Source: Psammoneis japonica (Eukaryota). Taken from it: 64,000 nucleotides of DNA. Made by a program: the position numbers and the translations under genes. Location: the NCBI GenBank assembly GCA_008632985.1, contig QPGO01000029.1, forward strand, positions 446,874-510,873, given 5' to 3'. This document shows, one piece after another, positions 61,020-64,000 of this stretch (the stretch's first letter is position 1; every line of letters starts with the position of its first letter). A model generated the notes under the pieces. It saw nothing but the letters and a program-made list of their open reading frames with translations, did not search any database and had not been told where the DNA came from.

Positions 61020-64000
61020 GTTTGAACTTTTGGAACTTCTTGCCTTGCAGCAGCTTGGTCATGAAGTCCCCCAGCATGTCATTGGCAGGAGAACACTGAA
61101 CTCTTAAGTTGCCCTTCTTTGTCTGATTGGCAACAAAGAAATGCCAAATGTTGAGTGCTTGCAATTGCTTGCCGGCACTCTTGTGCCATCAGCTTCCATT
61201 GGGGTGGTGGCACTCTTGTTGTCCTGGTGCAGAATGCTCTTGTCAATTGGATGCCCTTGGTGTTCCATGAACAGCTTGGTCCACCGTGTCACATTCATGG
61301 CATTGTCAACTCCAACAAGTTCAGCTTCTGTGCTGCTTTGGGTGTTGAGCTTCTGGTGCTTCAAAATGGCCTGCACTGCTCCACCACCCATTGTCACAAC
61401 TCCTCCAGTGTGACTCTTGAATCTTGGAGGAATGTGCTGCAAATGATGTGCCCACGTGCCACTTGACAACTCTGAGGTCCTTCGTGCTTGAGCTCTCACT
61501 TGTGTGCACAATGCAGTGATGGTGAGATGTGCATCCTTTTTGCCTCTCTTGGACAGGAACAGTCCCTTGGCCACCCATTTGTGGAAGGTCTGAGCATTTG
61601 CATGAGACAGTCTTGCACCACCAGTTTCAAATGTCTTCTCTCTGGCTGGCACCACAGCAGAGTCCATGCTCTTTGTCTTTTTTGGAAGCTGGTCAGTCAT
61701 CTTGCAATTGCAGTCTGCCATGTCCACTTTTGCTTTGTCCTTCTGGCTGAAGTCTGGGGTCACACTGAGACAGTCATGTCTCTCCCCTTGCACAGTTGCA
61801 ACTTCACCATTGCTGCCATGCACCTTGTTTGGCCAGCTCAGGAACTCTCATCATTTGCTTTTGGTGGGCTCTTGTGGCTTGACAACAGGTTGTCCACATG
61901 GAATTGAATGGCATGCTGCTTGCCATTTGACTGTGTGATTGATTGGCAATGGGACAGATTGCATGGGTTGAACTTAAACCCTGTCTTTTCCAAGTCTTTG
62001 CAGAGCTCATTGCACTGCAGTGTGGCCATGATTGACATGCCATGGATGGCTCTGACAACTTGGATGTAAAGGACTCTCTTGCCTTTCTCCAGGAACACAT
62101 GATGTCCATGCAGGTTGGGATCGATGCTCACTGGCATGTCCACTGACACTCCTGTGATCTTCATCACAATCCAGTCTTTGCCTTCTCCAGCATCTCAGTC
62201 TGCACAAATGCACCTGGAACATTGGTGCTCATTGCTCATTTTGTCATGTCCTTCATGGTTGTCAACAATTGCCATCATCAACAACATCCACTTGGGGGAT
62301 GCAGCAGACTGGCTGACTTGTCTTTGTCTGGCCATTCTTGGGTTGGTTTGCCCCATCACAGACCATCTGCTTTTTTGTGTGACCGTCTCATTTCTTGGCG
62401 CAAGGCCACCATGGCCTTGATCCTTTCAGTTGGAGCCATGTTCTTGACCAATGCTGGTGCAAAACACATGTTGTCATGCAGCTGTTTGACTTCTTTCTCT
62501 GAGGCATCATGCCCCTTCTGGCCAAATGCTTTGAGGCACACTCATGAAGCAAATGTTGCTGGGCAAAGCATGAGCCCTCTCCACTTCAGAGTCTGTCATC
62601 AACCTCACACATGAAGTGTGTGAGCACCATTGCTGTTCATGCATCACACTCTACATTGAACTTGGGTTGGGACTCAGGTTGGCATGGGAACAAAGGTGCA
62701 CTTGCAGGGATTCAATGACTTGTCCATGTGCAGGTTCACAGCACAGTGACTGCTTTTGGGAGAATCAACAAAACATGGTTACAGGCAGGTGCTGTTGACA
62801 CCAGGTGCTTCCAGGGCCATTGTGTTTGTCTTGTCATTCTCAATGGAAATGACAAGTTTCCCAAACTTGAGCTAAATGTGTTTGTTGCAGTCCAGGTTTC
62901 TTTGTTGCATGACAGTGTGTGAACTGCAGGTGTCAGAAATCCCTTCTTTTGCTGGTGTGCATGTTTGACATGATGACAGTGTTCTTCATTGTGGCTTGCT
63001 TGCACATCAGTTTGGGTGTCGTCATGTGTGGCATGTGGTGTGTGGTGGCTCAGGTTTGCTCCTTGATGGTCTGAATGCTTCACCAAACTTTGGGAACATG
63101 ATCCTTGGCATTCACAGAGATGAGCTCTAGATTTGCACAATTTGCAGCTTCTGCTGGCATGTCCTTGAACTTGGGATCACACTCAATGAAGTCAATCTTA
63201 AAGCAATGGGGCCATGTTGCACTGTTGGAGCATCACATTGTCCAAGGCTTTGCAAACATGTTCATGCTTCTTGGACTTAAGTGTCACACTCAATCAGGGC
63301 TTGATTGTCTTGCCAACCGTGTGCAGCATCAGTGCACTGCTGCATGCTTCCACAATGTCGGTCATGCCTTCTCTCTGCTTTTTGCATGTCTCAGGTGGCT
63401 GGCATGTCAATGATGTTGTTCCTCTCATGAGAATGCTGCACATGCTTGGTCTTGCCTTTGAGTGCATGCATTGGTGGATCCCACATCGCCACCATTCTGT
63501 CCACATCCTCAGGCAGGATGGGTGGGTTCTTCAACTGATTGGATCACAAAAGCAATTTGAAATCCCTTGCACTGGGTGTTCCAGCCTTGCTGCATGGTCT
63601 CAATGCTTCCTCAGCATTCACCACCTCTTGTTCAGCGCAGCCTTTCATGCTCTGTTTCACAGTTGAAGCAACAGCTCCCAATGCACTCCTGTGCTTTTCG
63701 TTGGTCTTTTTCACAACCTTCTTGTCCTTTGACAGCATGCTCACATGCAACTCATCTTCTTGGAGTTCTTTTGCATGGTTGAAGAATTGCTGGCTTGGTG
63801 CAAATGTGTGCAGTCCAATGCTGTTGACTTTGAACACTCTGACCTGTTTGCCAGCAGTCTTCTCATCCAGTGGACGGAACTCATCTGCCACTTGGTTGTT
63901 GCACACAATGCAGCACTTGCTCTTCACATCCTTGAGACTCAGGATGTTGGCTTTTGTGTTCTGCAATCTGAGCTCCTTGTCACCCCACACTGGCACAGTG
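61020..64000 (-). mobile_element. Degenerate copia pol (second family), running off the window end
   Basis: ANILSLKDV, AGTPSARDFK, KAFGQKG..KEVKQLHD, VLYIQVVRAIHGM, FHVDNLLSSH (RT), KSHTGG..QKLNTQSSTEAELVG, HQDNKSA and MLGDFMTK.LQG (RNase H). Confidence 0.88.

Overview
Eukaryotic genomic DNA, most likely from a pennate diatom (intron-containing genes, CoDi-like copia elements, ShK-P4H, LRGG-type secreted protein). Two host-gene blocks have normal base composition. Block 1-18 kb holds delta-COP, CTF4/WDHD1, PIP5K, a SHAQKYF-type MYB and an ankyrin/UvrD helicase. Block 44.4-56 kb holds ShK-P4H, a GNAT/MIOX-like fusion, a serine/histidine decarboxylase, a membrane protein and a BAH-ELM2-SANT protein. 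These alternate with two transposon blocks (~18.9-44.2 kb and ~56.2-64 kb). The main signal is that transposon DNA, and only transposon DNA, has been stripped of TpA by TA->TG/CA transitions. All 8 differing sites between the two 276-bp LTRs of a copia element fit an ancestral TA. Conserved and catalytic Tyr codons have become Cys/His, and TAA/TAG stops are lost. This looks like a repeat-targeted hypermutation process of opposite polarity to fungal RIP, but a base-calling artefact at modified bases has to be excluded. The second signal is a large Helitron, interrupted by the copia element (TSD TGAGC), lying next to and probably carrying DOT1-like, TET/JBP-like and SET-domain genes. All counts are by eye and all family assignments come from motif recognition, not database searches.
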